NCBI GenBank assembly: GCA_035935655.1
Contig: DASYWW010000046.1
Span: 90,709-154,708 of the forward strand
Length of the DNA: 64,000 bases
Source: Candidatus Bathyarchaeia archaeon
Lineage (GTDB): Archaea > Thermoproteota > Bathyarchaeia > 40CM-2-53-6
Direction: 5' to 3'
This document shows positions 19,914-29,073 of the stretch, piece after piece. Every line of letters begins with the position of its first letter. The stretch's first letter is position 1. The notes below the pieces were generated by a model. It was not told the DNA's origin. It searched no databases and was given only the letters and a program-made list of their open reading frames with translations. Both the position numbers and the translations under genes were made by a program.

Positions 19914-21185
19914 TTAGTCGATCCGTTTCGATGTAGCTGTTGTTCCGAGAATCTGGCTCGCCGCAGATTCGACTCTCGATCGGTATGATTCCCTAGTGTA
20001 GACCCTCACTAGGTTCATGAACGTGTGGAGAACGCCAGCAATCTTGGAAACGTCCGTTAGAGGAACGATCTGTTTCTTTCCATTAGGAGCCCGCATAAAC
20101 ACGGGTACATCCATGGAGCTTAAGTCCACAGTATTGTGGTAGGGAACTGATGGTAGGCTGGGTGCGTCGATGATCACATCCTCCGGTGAAATCCTCGCCT
20201 TCTTGGCAATCTGTTGCTCGATTTCCCCGCGAATGTGCTCGTTTGATACTCTATCAGTCACCAGCTCCTTGCGGGAAAACAGTGTGCGTTCGTATGCACA
20301 TTTTAGGAGCCGCCTAGCCTCGAGGTCCTGCATTATCTTCCTAGACTTCTTACACTCCTTCAGTGCGGTCCATACTTTGTAATCATCGAGTCTGAGGAAA
20401 TCCTCAGGTTCATCAAAGTCTAGCAAATGGAGCTCATCTCTTGCAGCTTCCAAGGCCTTCACCATCATGATCTGAACTGCCCTGGAAGCCTTGTGGAAGT
20501 ATATTGTTCGAAAGGATTCGAACCGTGCAAGGAGGAAGCTCTCAAGCGTTGCAACTGCTGATCCATCAATTGAAAGGGTCTTGTCAATGATGTCCATCGC
20601 GTACAGCAGGCGGTGAACGTCTATTGAGCCGTATCCTGCGCCTGTGTGGAAGGAGTCTCTGACAACGTAATCCATCTTGTCGACATCGACGTCGCTGCTG
20701 ACTATCTGGTCCAAGTACGGATACGTTCTATTCGCTAAGTTTCCAACCGCGAGTTTACCTAGGGTCCTGGCATTGAGGCCAGCCGCCTCAAGTCTTTCGG
20801 AGATCTCGGTCTCGTTCACAAGCCATGGAACAAAGTCCTCGTGATTCTTTCCAAGGTATTTTGTCAGGAGGGGCTCAAAGACGTGTGAAAATGGGCCGTG
20901 TCCAACGTCATGAAGAAGTGCGGCCAAGCGAAGCTGTTCCTGTAGTTGTCGGGGGAGGTCGATAGGTAACGCCTCTGCGAGAGATCCGGCTAGATGCATT
21001 GCGCCGATTACATGTTCGAACCGAGTGTGGTTTGCTGCAGGATAGACAAATTCTGACCCGGCAAGTTGGCGAATGCGCTTGAGCCTCTGAACGGGCTCCG
21101 TGTCGATTACCGATCTCTCTGTCTGGCTGATTCTGACATAGCCGTGAATAGGGTCTTTGATGAATCCTCCAGACTTCTGGGTCAA
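19914..21185 (-). CDS. HD-domain phosphohydrolase (dGTPase-like)
   Basis: 'RFEHVIGAMHLAG...LLHDVGHGPFSH' HD motif. Confidence 0.75.
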   Translation of the reverse strand: MTQKSGGFIKDPIHGYVRISQTERSVIDTEPVQRLKRIRQLAGSEFVYPAANHTRFEHVIGAMHLAGSLAEALPIDLPRQLQEQLRLAALLHDVGHGPFSHVFEPLLTKYLGKNHEDFVPWLVNETEISERLEAAGLNARTLGKLAVGNLANRTYPYLDQIVSSDVDVDKMDYVVRDSFHTGAGYGSIDVHRLLYAMDIIDKTLSIDGSAVATLESFLLARFESFRTIYFHKASRAVQIMMVKALEAARDELHLLDFDEPEDFLRLDDYKVWTALKECKKSRKIMQDLEARRLLKCAYERTLFSRKELVTDRVSNEHIRGEIEQQIAKKARISPEDVIIDAPSLPSVPYHNTVDLSSMDVPVFMRAPNGKKQIVPLTDVSKIAGVLHTFMNLVRVYTRESYRSRVESAASQILGTTATSKRID

Positions 21186-21296
21186 TTTTCTCCGCCTTGT
21201 TTTGGGCGACTCTACTTAGTTAACTTCTCATTTAATTGGGAAGTCTCTTTTTATCCAGGCTATCTGTTATTCTTAGAAATTACGGGCTTGGCTTGC

Positions 21297-21488
21297 ATGG
21301 TTCAAGATAAGATCCTCTGCTTCATGTGCTCAGTGAAGGGTATCGAGAGGACATTCGCAACCTATTACGAATTGCAGGACCATCTCTACAAGGATCATGA
21401 CATGACCAAAGACCAAGCCATGGAGATTTTCACGAGGTCCAAATTGTTAACTTCCAAGGCTGCGAGTGTTCAGGAACCGCGAAAGTAG
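21297..21488 (+). CDS. Small zinc-finger-like protein (63 aa)
   Basis: C-x2-C...H-x5-H spacing ('CFMC...HLYKDH') like a C2H2 finger. The start was taken at an internal Met of ORF 21066..21488. Confidence 0.25.
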   Translation: MVQDKILCFMCSVKGIERTFATYYELQDHLYKDHDMTKDQAMEIFTRSKLLTSKAASVQEPRK

Positions 21489-21587
21489 TTACGAATTGGC
21501 AGAGTCGTCCTTGACATCAGTTAGACGACTTGCCTTTTCTTCCCAAGAGGGATTTGAGTTGGAGCATCGATTAGATCGGGGGCCTAT

Positions 21588-22175
21588 CTAGAAGCCGAGG
21601 AATTGGACTATGTATAAGACCAGTGCGCCGACAAATATGATGAGAACGACGCTGGTTATGAATGTCAGCATGCTCTGCTGAGTGTTAATGCGCGCGGCGT
21701 TCTTTACTGCGAATACGTTTGCGATACCAATCCAAATGGTACCTGCGGCGCGAACAATTTCTGAAATTGTGGGGATTGGAGTGGCCATGAGAATGAACAA
21801 GACGCCTGGTGACCAAGAAAAGAAGAAAGGGCGAGCGAGCTCCCAGTAGCCAATCGATCCTCGGAAGAGTTTCCTGACGACTAAGTAGGTGGTTCCTGAC
21901 CAGATCAAAGCAATGATGATGGCTGAGAGCACATCGATCGCGGTTACTGTAAGTATGTCGAAGAGGGACGTCCCGGCGACAAGGAATCCAAAAAGACCCA
22001 AGCCAGCGCCGTAGCATAGCCCGATTATCGCAGGGAGAGAAATGGACTGAAGAGTCGCGGTTGGATCATCTCGTAGTTCTCTGGATATGTCCGCGTCAAA
22101 TATTGCGGCTTTGAGCACCCGGAGTGCTAACTTTTTGACGCTGAGATCCTGTCTACTAGAGAAGTGCCAGATCAA
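21588..22175 (-). CDS. Yip1-domain-like polytopic membrane protein (paralog A)
   Basis: Five-TM profile. It is paralogous to the next gene, with the conserved block 'TAT.Q...L.....GL.YG.G...F'. Confidence 0.5.
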   Translation of the reverse strand: MIWHFSSRQDLSVKKLALRVLKAAIFDADISRELRDDPTATLQSISLPAIIGLCYGAGLGLFGFLVAGTSLFDILTVTAIDVLSAIIIALIWSGTTYLVVRKLFRGSIGYWELARPFFFSWSPGVLFILMATPIPTISEIVRAAGTIWIGIANVFAVKNAARINTQQSMLTFITSVVLIIFVGALVLYIVQFLGF

Positions 22176-22212
22176 CGTGTTCAGTTTTTCCTTCGTCTCT
22201 ATCGGTCCCGGC

Positions 22213-22225
22213 GCTTATCAACTAA
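22213..22225 (-). promoter_or_regulatory. Shared upstream motif TTAGTTGATAAG (sense of the downstream genes), 38..50 nt before the start of Yip1-like paralog A. A second copy at 22938..22951 sits at the same distance from paralog B.
   Basis: Identical 12-mer at the same spacing upstream of both tandem paralogs. Confidence 0.35.
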
Positions 22226-22334
22226 CGGGAAGATTTGTCGATTTTCTCCCGCATCGTGTAAGGTTGAACCTCTTGGAATGTACGGGTAATCTCTAAACAA
22301 CTATGGATCCTCCAAAGTCTTGACTTCGGTTCGG

Positions 22335-22901
22335 CTAGACCGTCATTTGGATGAAGGCGAGGACTAACAGGCCTACAACTGAGGTTAATAGCGCCCGTTG
22401 CGTGTTGAAACCCATCGCGTTCTTGAGGGCGACGAACTCCGCTGACACAATCCAGGCCGAGGCGATAACTGCCGTAGTTACAATGATCGGCGAGAATGGT
22501 ATGGCGATCAAGATAAACAGGGTGCCTGGGGCAGTAGAGAAGAATAGAGGTCTGGCTAATTGCCAATAGCCGGTTTTGCCCTGGAAAAGTTTTGCTCCGA
22601 CGAGGAAGACCGTCGCGGACCATATGAACACCGCGAAGTCGGTAAAGATCATGTTGGCTATGGTTCCTGATATGAGCTGGTTGGGTGATAGGCTGCGTGT
22701 TTGGAGTCCCGTGAAAATGCTGTATCCGAGTCCGTAGGACAGGCCCACTAGGAGCAGTACGGCGACTGCCTGCCCGGTTGCGGTCTTGTCTTCTTTGAGC
22801 TCATGAATGGTCTCGGTGTCAAACTTTGCAGTGCGCAGTATTCGGGATATGAGTTGTTGGATCTTGTGTCTTGTTATGGTGTGCTCGTGTTCCTCGGGCA
22901 T
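22335..22901 (-). CDS. Yip1-domain-like polytopic membrane protein (paralog B)
   Basis: Tandem paralog of 21588..22175. The start was moved to Met 'MPEEHEH' by alignment with paralog A, which places the shared upstream motif at the same distance from both starts. Confidence 0.5.
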   Translation of the reverse strand: MPEEHEHTITRHKIQQLISRILRTAKFDTETIHELKEDKTATGQAVAVLLLVGLSYGLGYSIFTGLQTRSLSPNQLISGTIANMIFTDFAVFIWSATVFLVGAKLFQGKTGYWQLARPLFFSTAPGTLFILIAIPFSPIIVTTAVIASAWIVSAEFVALKNAMGFNTQRALLTSVVGLLVLAFIQMTV

Positions 22902-22986
22902 GTTTCGGTCCAAGTTGTTTTGTATTGTTCGAGCGAGCCTTATCAACTAATAGTAGGAAAATACGATCAATTATGGTGACAAATAT

Positions 22987-24060
22987 TTGTCTCGGCTTGC
23001 ATCTACGCTGAAGGAAAAGGCAGCAGGCAAACACGCGTTCAAGGTTGTTGCGATGCCGGACTTCTATCTCGACTACATCCTCACCTTTGCCGGCGAGCTT
23101 GACGAGATGGCTAAAGCAATGGTTGATGTTGCGGCCAGAGGAGGTGGAAACCTGCTTGGCTGGAAGCACTTGGTTGGTAGAGGCGGAAATGCTTCCAACT
23201 TTTCGGCCCAGCTCGCCAAGCTAGGCGTAAACGTGGTTCCTGTGATCGAGACAGACGAGTTTGGCGGTATGGCTCTCGCTCAATTTCTGAAGAGCGCCGA
23301 TCTGTCTCATGTCAGAACTACTGGATCTCTCTCTAGCACTCTCGCTTTTGAGGCTCAGCATTCGGGGAGACAGGTCAACATCATGGCAAGCGATCCCGGA
23401 TCGTTATCGAAGTTCGGCCCTGAGAAACTGGCCGAAAAGGACCGGGAGCTGATACGCGAAGCTGATTTTGTATGTGTTTTCAACTGGAACCAGAACTTGA
23501 AGGGGACTGAGTTGGCTGAGGAGGTGTTTCAGACCGTGAAGAATGAGGGAAAAGGGGTAACTTTCTTTGACCCTGGAGATCCCACTTCGAGGGCAAGCGA
23601 GATTCCGAGGCTCAACGATCGGGTTCTCTCCAAGGGGCTCGTTGACGTTCTTAGCGTTAACGAGAATGAGCTCACCCAACTGGCCGCTGCTGTCCGCGAG
23701 GAGACGGGAGGGTTTGAAGGGGATGAGGAGAATCCATTATTCAAGGCCGCCGGTGTCTTCAGCATGCTTGGAAGTAGGGTTGATCTTCACACTCCGGTCT
23801 TCTCCGCGACTTTCATTGACGGCCAGAGAGAACGAGTCCTCTGTGCCAGCACACCTCCGCTCAAGGTCACGGGGGCTGGAGATGCGTGGAACGCGGGTGA
23901 CGTTTTTGCGCAGGGCATAGGCCTTGGTCACACGGAACGATTGTCCTTCGCGAATGCAACCGCTGCCGCATACATGAGAAAACCTGATCTCGATCCTTGC
24001 CCATTGGATGAGATTCTCGAGCGAGTCGGAGAGATAGAGAAACTCAACATTCGCGAGTAA
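22987..24060 (+). CDS. PfkB-family carbohydrate/nucleoside kinase
   Basis: C-terminal 'VTGAGDAWNAGDVF' anion-hole motif of the ribokinase superfamily. Confidence 0.7.
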   Translation: MSRLASTLKEKAAGKHAFKVVAMPDFYLDYILTFAGELDEMAKAMVDVAARGGGNLLGWKHLVGRGGNASNFSAQLAKLGVNVVPVIETDEFGGMALAQFLKSADLSHVRTTGSLSSTLAFEAQHSGRQVNIMASDPGSLSKFGPEKLAEKDRELIREADFVCVFNWNQNLKGTELAEEVFQTVKNEGKGVTFFDPGDPTSRASEIPRLNDRVLSKGLVDVLSVNENELTQLAAAVREETGGFEGDEENPLFKAAGVFSMLGSRVDLHTPVFSATFIDGQRERVLCASTPPLKVTGAGDAWNAGDVFAQGIGLGHTERLSFANATAAAYMRKPDLDPCPLDEILERVGEIEKLNIRE

Positions 24061-24228
24061 ATTTCGAATCGTGAAACTCATTTCTATGGACTGGTGATGC
24101 CGTGCGTTCGGTTCACCATTCTTAAATTGGCTCGCGATGGGTCAAGCGTGAAGGCCAGGGTAGGCATTGAGCGGAGCAAGATTCTATCGCAAAAACATGG
24201 GTCGGGAATAGAAAGGTAGTCTCTCTAG

Positions 24229-25005
24229 TTGCGCAAGATTGCTGAGGGGGTTTACAGGGTTCCTGCTCGAGCGGCCAACACCTACCTTGTTGAGGCTCCA
24301 AAAGGTCTCGTGTTAGTGGACAGCGGTCTGCCCGGGAGCGAGAAGGGAATTCTCAAGGCCGTCGCAAAACTCGGAAGGAAACCTTCGGACCTGAAGCTTG
24401 TACTGTTGACTCATCGGCACCTGGACCATATCGGGAGTGCGGCTGCTTTGAAAAAACAGACAGGAGCGAAGCTGGCTTCTCATCCCTTTGAGAAGCCATA
24501 CGCGGCTGGGACTCTCGTGATAACGGCTCCGAGTGCTTGGAGCTTCTATGGAAGAATGGTGAGAAGGCTTACAACGCTTGAATATTGGTCGTTGAAGCTT
24601 TTTCGGATTATCAAGTTTCATACGACTAAGGTGGATCTCGCTGCGGACGAAGAATTTGTGTTGGAAGAAGTGGGTTTGGATGGGTCTGTGATCTGGACGC
24701 CTGGACATACGAAGGGGTCGGTTACGCTGTTTCTTAACCAGCCAAGTGTAGCCATTGTCGGGGATCTCGTTAGAGCTCGTCGTGGCCGGCTTGTGGAGCC
24801 GTTGTTAATGGAGAGTATTCCTCAGACCGGGGCGAGCATTAGACGGGTCTTGGATCTGGGTCCAGAGATTATCTGTCCGGGGCATGGCAAGCCGCTTCCG
24901 GCGTCCAAGGTCAAGGTCAAAGCGCGTGCGGTAAAGCCTGTGGCCGTAGCGAAGAAAAAGGAAGAGGAGGAAGACTTGGAGGAGCTAGCGTCTGGCCTTT
25001 TCTAG
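24229..25005 (+). CDS. MBL-fold metallo-hydrolase
   Basis: 'LTHRHLDHIG' HxHxDH motif. TTG start. The low-complexity acidic C-tail is encoded antisense to the SOD 3-prime fragment. Confidence 0.8.
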   Translation: MRKIAEGVYRVPARAANTYLVEAPKGLVLVDSGLPGSEKGILKAVAKLGRKPSDLKLVLLTHRHLDHIGSAAALKKQTGAKLASHPFEKPYAAGTLVITAPSAWSFYGRMVRRLTTLEYWSLKLFRIIKFHTTKVDLAADEEFVLEEVGLDGSVIWTPGHTKGSVTLFLNQPSVAIVGDLVRARRGRLVEPLLMESIPQTGASIRRVLDLGPEIICPGHGKPLPASKVKVKARAVKPVAVAKKKEEEEDLEELASGLF

Positions 25006-25080
25006 CCGCTTCTCGACATCGTCCCAGCTGACAACGGTCAGCCGAGCATGAATGTAGTTCGCCAGTCGTTCTTCTTTAGG
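24985..25080 (-). pseudogene. Orphan 3-prime fragment of a superoxide dismutase gene (last ~25 codons plus stop)
   Basis: The minus-strand translation '...NYIHARLTVVSWDDVEKRLEKARR*' matches the intact SOD C-terminus '...AYVDAWWNVVNWDDVEKRLEKARR*' at 25725..25800. There are many synonymous differences. Confidence 0.65.
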
Positions 25081-25157
25081 TCACCCAGGCGTATAATTCT
25101 GATAGATCGAGTCGAATAGTTTCGTCGACCAGTGCGAGAAAAGACGATCTCAAGCAA

Positions 25158-25679
25158 ATGGGTCCATTCTGTAACAGGGACATGCAGAAGTCAGCGGTCT
25201 TCAGCATTCGTGCTCGAAAGAAGAAAATTCAAGGTCAGGTAACACGAGCTCTTCGTTGCGGAGAGGACCGAGCTTGGTTGGCGGGAATCATAGAGGGCGA
25301 GGGGTCAGTTCTCTGGGCAAGTTACGGGAATGACGAGTGGCGTGCGAAGATTAGCATCATAATGAATGATCGAGCGGTGATTGCATATGCGGCGAGACTG
25401 ATGGAAGCAACTCCTTTCTACGACAAGAAGAGGAAACGTTGGCATACTTACGCGGAAGGATTCCGAGCAGTCCAAGTAGCCAAACTAACTGGTCCTCACA
25501 TGCACGGTCAGAAGAAGGAGCTAGCACTCGCTTTGGTTACCGCGGGACACGTTTTCAGGGGACGAGAGCCGCCGTGGCACTTCAGATTGGCCTATGACAA
25601 TGACCTTCAGAAGAATGTTAGAACTCTGGAAATGTCTCCGGCTTCTAGAATTGAAGTTGCAGAATCTCTGGCGCCTTGA
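25158..25679 (+). CDS. Free-standing LAGLIDADG-family homing endonuclease (single-motif type)
   Basis: The 'LAGIIEGEGSV' motif is followed by a basic ~150 aa body. It lies between the orphan SOD fragment and the intact sod gene, on the opposite strand to sod. Confidence 0.6.
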   Translation: MGPFCNRDMQKSAVFSIRARKKKIQGQVTRALRCGEDRAWLAGIIEGEGSVLWASYGNDEWRAKISIIMNDRAVIAYAARLMEATPFYDKKRKRWHTYAEGFRAVQVAKLTGPHMHGQKKELALALVTAGHVFRGREPPWHFRLAYDNDLQKNVRTLEMSPASRIEVAESLAP

Positions 25680-25724
25680 AGAGGACAAAAATGAAAAAGG
25701 GTTCGAGTTTGGGGGGGCGCGCGT

Positions 25725-26333
25725 CTATCGTCTGGCTTTTTCAAGACGCTTTTCGACGTCGTCCCAATTGACGACGTTCCACCAAGCGTCGACATATGCG
25801 GCTCTATCATTTCGGTATTGCAAGTAGTATGCGTGTTCCCAGACGTCGAGGACGAGTATTGGGACTACTCCTTGTACCGTTAGGTCGTTGTGTTTCTCGG
25901 CCTGGAGCGTGATCAATTGCTGGGTCCACGGTTCGTATGCTAGGACAGCCCAGCCGCTTCCTTCAACCTGTTTGGCGGCGGTGCCGAATTGTTCTTTGAA
26001 CGATTCCCACTTGCCAAAGTCAGTGTTGATCTGGTCTGCTATCTTGCCGCCTGGTTTTCCTCCAGCGTTCGATTTCATGTTGGGCCAGAAAGTGCTATGC
26101 ATTGTGTGGCCTGAACCGTGGAAGGCGAGGTCTCGCTCGATTGCTTTGATGTCGACGCCGGCGAACCCGGTCTCGCGCGCCTTCTGCAGCTTGTCCAGGG
26201 CGGCGTTTGCGCCGTTTACATAAGCGAGATGGTGTTTGTCATGATGTAACCGCATGATCTCCTCGCTTATTGTCGGGACGAGGGCGTTGTACGCGTAAGG
26301 AAGGTCAGGTAGCTTGTACCGATGATGTGGCAT
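25725..26333 (-). CDS. sod: Fe/Mn superoxide dismutase
   Basis: 'HHDKHH', 'GSGW', 'DVWEHAYY' metal-ligand motifs across 202 aa. Confidence 0.9.
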   Translation of the reverse strand: MPHHRYKLPDLPYAYNALVPTISEEIMRLHHDKHHLAYVNGANAALDKLQKARETGFAGVDIKAIERDLAFHGSGHTMHSTFWPNMKSNAGGKPGGKIADQINTDFGKWESFKEQFGTAAKQVEGSGWAVLAYEPWTQQLITLQAEKHNDLTVQGVVPILVLDVWEHAYYLQYRNDRAAYVDAWWNVVNWDDVEKRLEKARR

Positions 26334-26659
26334 GAGGTCTCGGCTGTTGCTTTGTTGATAAAACTATGCTCAAAACTGCGCGTGGAACTCTCAACCATCA
26401 ACCACTCTTGCGGTGCGAGGGTCGGTCGCTAAGACCCCCTATTTTCCAGAAACCATTTCCCGTCTGGTGCTTATAACAGCCGAGACAGGCGATTCAGGGC
26501 GCAATTGTGGGCTCGGATGGACTTGAAAGAAGCGGACAATTCCGAACGAATTTCAGGATAGTAAGGTGTCTCTTTCCAGAATCGAGATTCGGGCTTGAAA
26601 TGGGCGAGTTTTTATTCTAACAGGTCCAGACTCAGCTTCTAAAGGATCCTGAATTCGTA

Positions 26660-27070
26660 TTGACCATCCCCATGGAAGGAACCGAATACCCTGACCACTT
26701 CACCGAATTCCTAGCGTTCTTATGCCAAAAATACCGTGTGGATAGGAGCCGATTATTGATAGAGTACAGTCACAGACCGCCTCCCCCCATCAAAGGCACT
26801 AGAGCAGGCTACTACGAGGGACTACTCTCTTTCCGCGAAAAGAATAGTCGTACCGAGTTTCTGATCACGGTCTTCGAGCTCTCACGCGAGCCTCTCGTGA
26901 CCTTGGCACACGAGTTCGCCCACCTCGTCAAGAATCTGATGTCTGGAAACATCGACAAGCATATGCGTCCGCCAGACGACGAGACTGAAGGATTACTTGA
27001 CCGTCAGGCAATTGCAGACCTAACAGAGTTCCAAGCACTCGATCGTTCTATTGCGGGGTCAGAGAGATAG
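26660..27070 (+). CDS. Hypothetical small protein with an HExxH motif (putative metallopeptidase-like)
   Basis: 'LAHEFAHL' in a 136 aa ORF. Confidence 0.3.
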   Translation: MTIPMEGTEYPDHFTEFLAFLCQKYRVDRSRLLIEYSHRPPPPIKGTRAGYYEGLLSFREKNSRTEFLITVFELSREPLVTLAHEFAHLVKNLMSGNIDKHMRPPDDETEGLLDRQAIADLTEFQALDRSIAGSER

Positions 27071-27073
27071 CTC

Positions 27074-28342
27074 TCAGTATTTTGCATCTCGCACTTCTTG
27101 GAAGATGAGATATGCGCCTGCGGTCACGATTATCATGAGAATCCCGTAAAGTTGTAGCGTGGGACCGATCTGTAGAGTGGTTGCGACACCGCCGGTTGTG
27201 ACCGCGGCAATTGGGGTCGCAACGGTTACCAGCGCTCCGAGGGAGGTGAAGACACGTCCCAGCAAGTTGCCGGGAACCTTCGCTTGGATGAGCACTTGCA
27301 GTGGGAGATTTGCAAAGGCTAGAGAAACGCCGATTACAAGCATGAGCATGATGCTATACGATGCTACTGTGGTGAACCCGATGACAGACACGGAGCTTCC
27401 CGTTCCCAAGACGCCGAGGAACAACAGTTTTCCGACATACTTTCTCGCCTCTATCTTGCCGATCACGATGGAGCCGAGCACTGTTCCGAGCGACAGTGCG
27501 GCTAGCATTGCACCATAAATTCCAGAGTTGCCGTGGACAGTTATCTTTGCGTAGGGTGCTATGAGAGCTTGGATTCCTCCGCCGAAAAAGTTTAGGACTA
27601 AGGCCAGAGCGATGATCTCCAACAAGAGACGACTGGTCCGTATGAAACGTAGTCCTTGGAGAAACTTGTCCATGAACGAAGAAGGATTCTCGCCGTCGAT
27701 GGACGCCGAAGATGTGACGGAAGGAACATCGAGAACCGATCGAGCGATCAAGAACACGCTAGCAGAAGCGAATACGAAAGTGAAGCTATCGTAATAGATC
27801 GGGAGCTCTATTCCCAAAAATAGGACCAGCAACCCCCCTATCCCGAATCCAGCAATCTGGTTCAGAGATGAGCTGATCGTGAAAAGACTGTTTGCTGCTG
27901 CAAGATCCTCCTTAGCCATAAGCCCCGGGATGATCGCCGTGACAGCGGGTCTGACAAACTGAGCGCCAGCGTTCAAGAGAAACAGTAGTACGAGTAGAAT
28001 CGGGAAGGTGAGAGCCTCCAATGTATAGAGAACTGCGATAGCTGCGACTGTTGTGGCCTGGAAAATATTGCTGAGGAGAATGATGTCTCGACGGTTGAAC
28101 TTGTCCACGTAGACCCCTGCGAGAGGGCCGATCACAACTGGAGGGAGGAGAATGGTCGCAGTTGTCAACCCTACTTTGAAAATGTCCCCTGTCAGTTGCA
28201 GGACCAGCCAGAGCGCTACAATGTCGAAGATGTAGTCTCCTGACTGCGAAACCATTTGACCGATCCAGAGAAGACTGAAGGATCTGTTGGAGAACACCCG
28301 ACGGAAGCTAGGTTTCCGCTGCTCTATCTGATCGAGGGTCAC
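27074..28342 (-). CDS. MFS transporter
   Basis: 12-TM profile, 422 aa, two-halves organisation. Confidence 0.75.
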   Translation of the reverse strand: MTLDQIEQRKPSFRRVFSNRSFSLLWIGQMVSQSGDYIFDIVALWLVLQLTGDIFKVGLTTATILLPPVVIGPLAGVYVDKFNRRDIILLSNIFQATTVAAIAVLYTLEALTFPILLVLLFLLNAGAQFVRPAVTAIIPGLMAKEDLAAANSLFTISSSLNQIAGFGIGGLLVLFLGIELPIYYDSFTFVFASASVFLIARSVLDVPSVTSSASIDGENPSSFMDKFLQGLRFIRTSRLLLEIIALALVLNFFGGGIQALIAPYAKITVHGNSGIYGAMLAALSLGTVLGSIVIGKIEARKYVGKLLFLGVLGTGSSVSVIGFTTVASYSIMLMLVIGVSLAFANLPLQVLIQAKVPGNLLGRVFTSLGALVTVATPIAAVTTGGVATTLQIGPTLQLYGILMIIVTAGAYLIFQEVRDAKY

Positions 28343-28384
28343 GTATAAACTCCCTTGATACGTAACAATTAAATTGACGCGTAT

Positions 28385-28996
28385 TTGAGCCTTCTGGTAA
28401 TGTCAAAGAGAGATATCTACAACGTACTCCTAAACACGCTCCAGAATCCCACAAAGCTCGGCATTCTAATGCTTCTCACTCACCAAGACAAAATGACTGT
28501 GACTCAGATGTCAAAGCTCGTAAGGGTCAGCAAAGCAAACCTCTACCACTTCGTAAGTCAAATGGTAAGGGACGGTATTCTCGCCAAGCCCGAGGCCCTC
28601 GTCAAGAAGAACTATGTTGAGAAGTACTACCGCCTGGACGAAAAGTTCTTCGAAGCCTTAGACCCCTCTGAACAGAGGAAAAGGCTCAAGGCCGCGAGAC
28701 CTGAAGAACTCAAGACCATTCTCCAGTCGACCCTCGTTTCAATAGGATTGGATTTTCGCCTCATGGCCGAAGAGATCGCCAGCGCAGACGAAAAGACATT
28801 GAAACAAATCGCCAACGCGGTCGCTGAAGAACGAATCACCCTTTCCTACTCAATTCTGTCAGACAAAGCCTACAATCACGCTCTGGCAGAACTCAAACGA
28901 ATCAACAAAACCATAACCGAAGTAGAGAGACACGATAAGCCATCCTTGCAAGGAAACAGACTGATACTCGTCAGCCTACCCCGCCTCGGAACCTAG
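28385..28996 (+). CDS. Winged-helix (ArsR/TrmB-like) transcriptional regulator
   Basis: N-terminal HTH 'MTVTQMSKLVRVSKANLYHFVSQMVRDGIL'. Confidence 0.5.
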   Translation: MSLLVMSKRDIYNVLLNTLQNPTKLGILMLLTHQDKMTVTQMSKLVRVSKANLYHFVSQMVRDGILAKPEALVKKNYVEKYYRLDEKFFEALDPSEQRKRLKAARPEELKTILQSTLVSIGLDFRLMAEEIASADEKTLKQIANAVAEERITLSYSILSDKAYNHALAELKRINKTITEVERHDKPSLQGNRLILVSLPRLGT

Positions 28997-29073
28997 AATC
29001 CTAAGCAGAAAAATGAGCCCACTCTTTTCAAGGGAGCCTTTTTTACGAAACAAGCCTCTAGCCGCGAGGGAAT

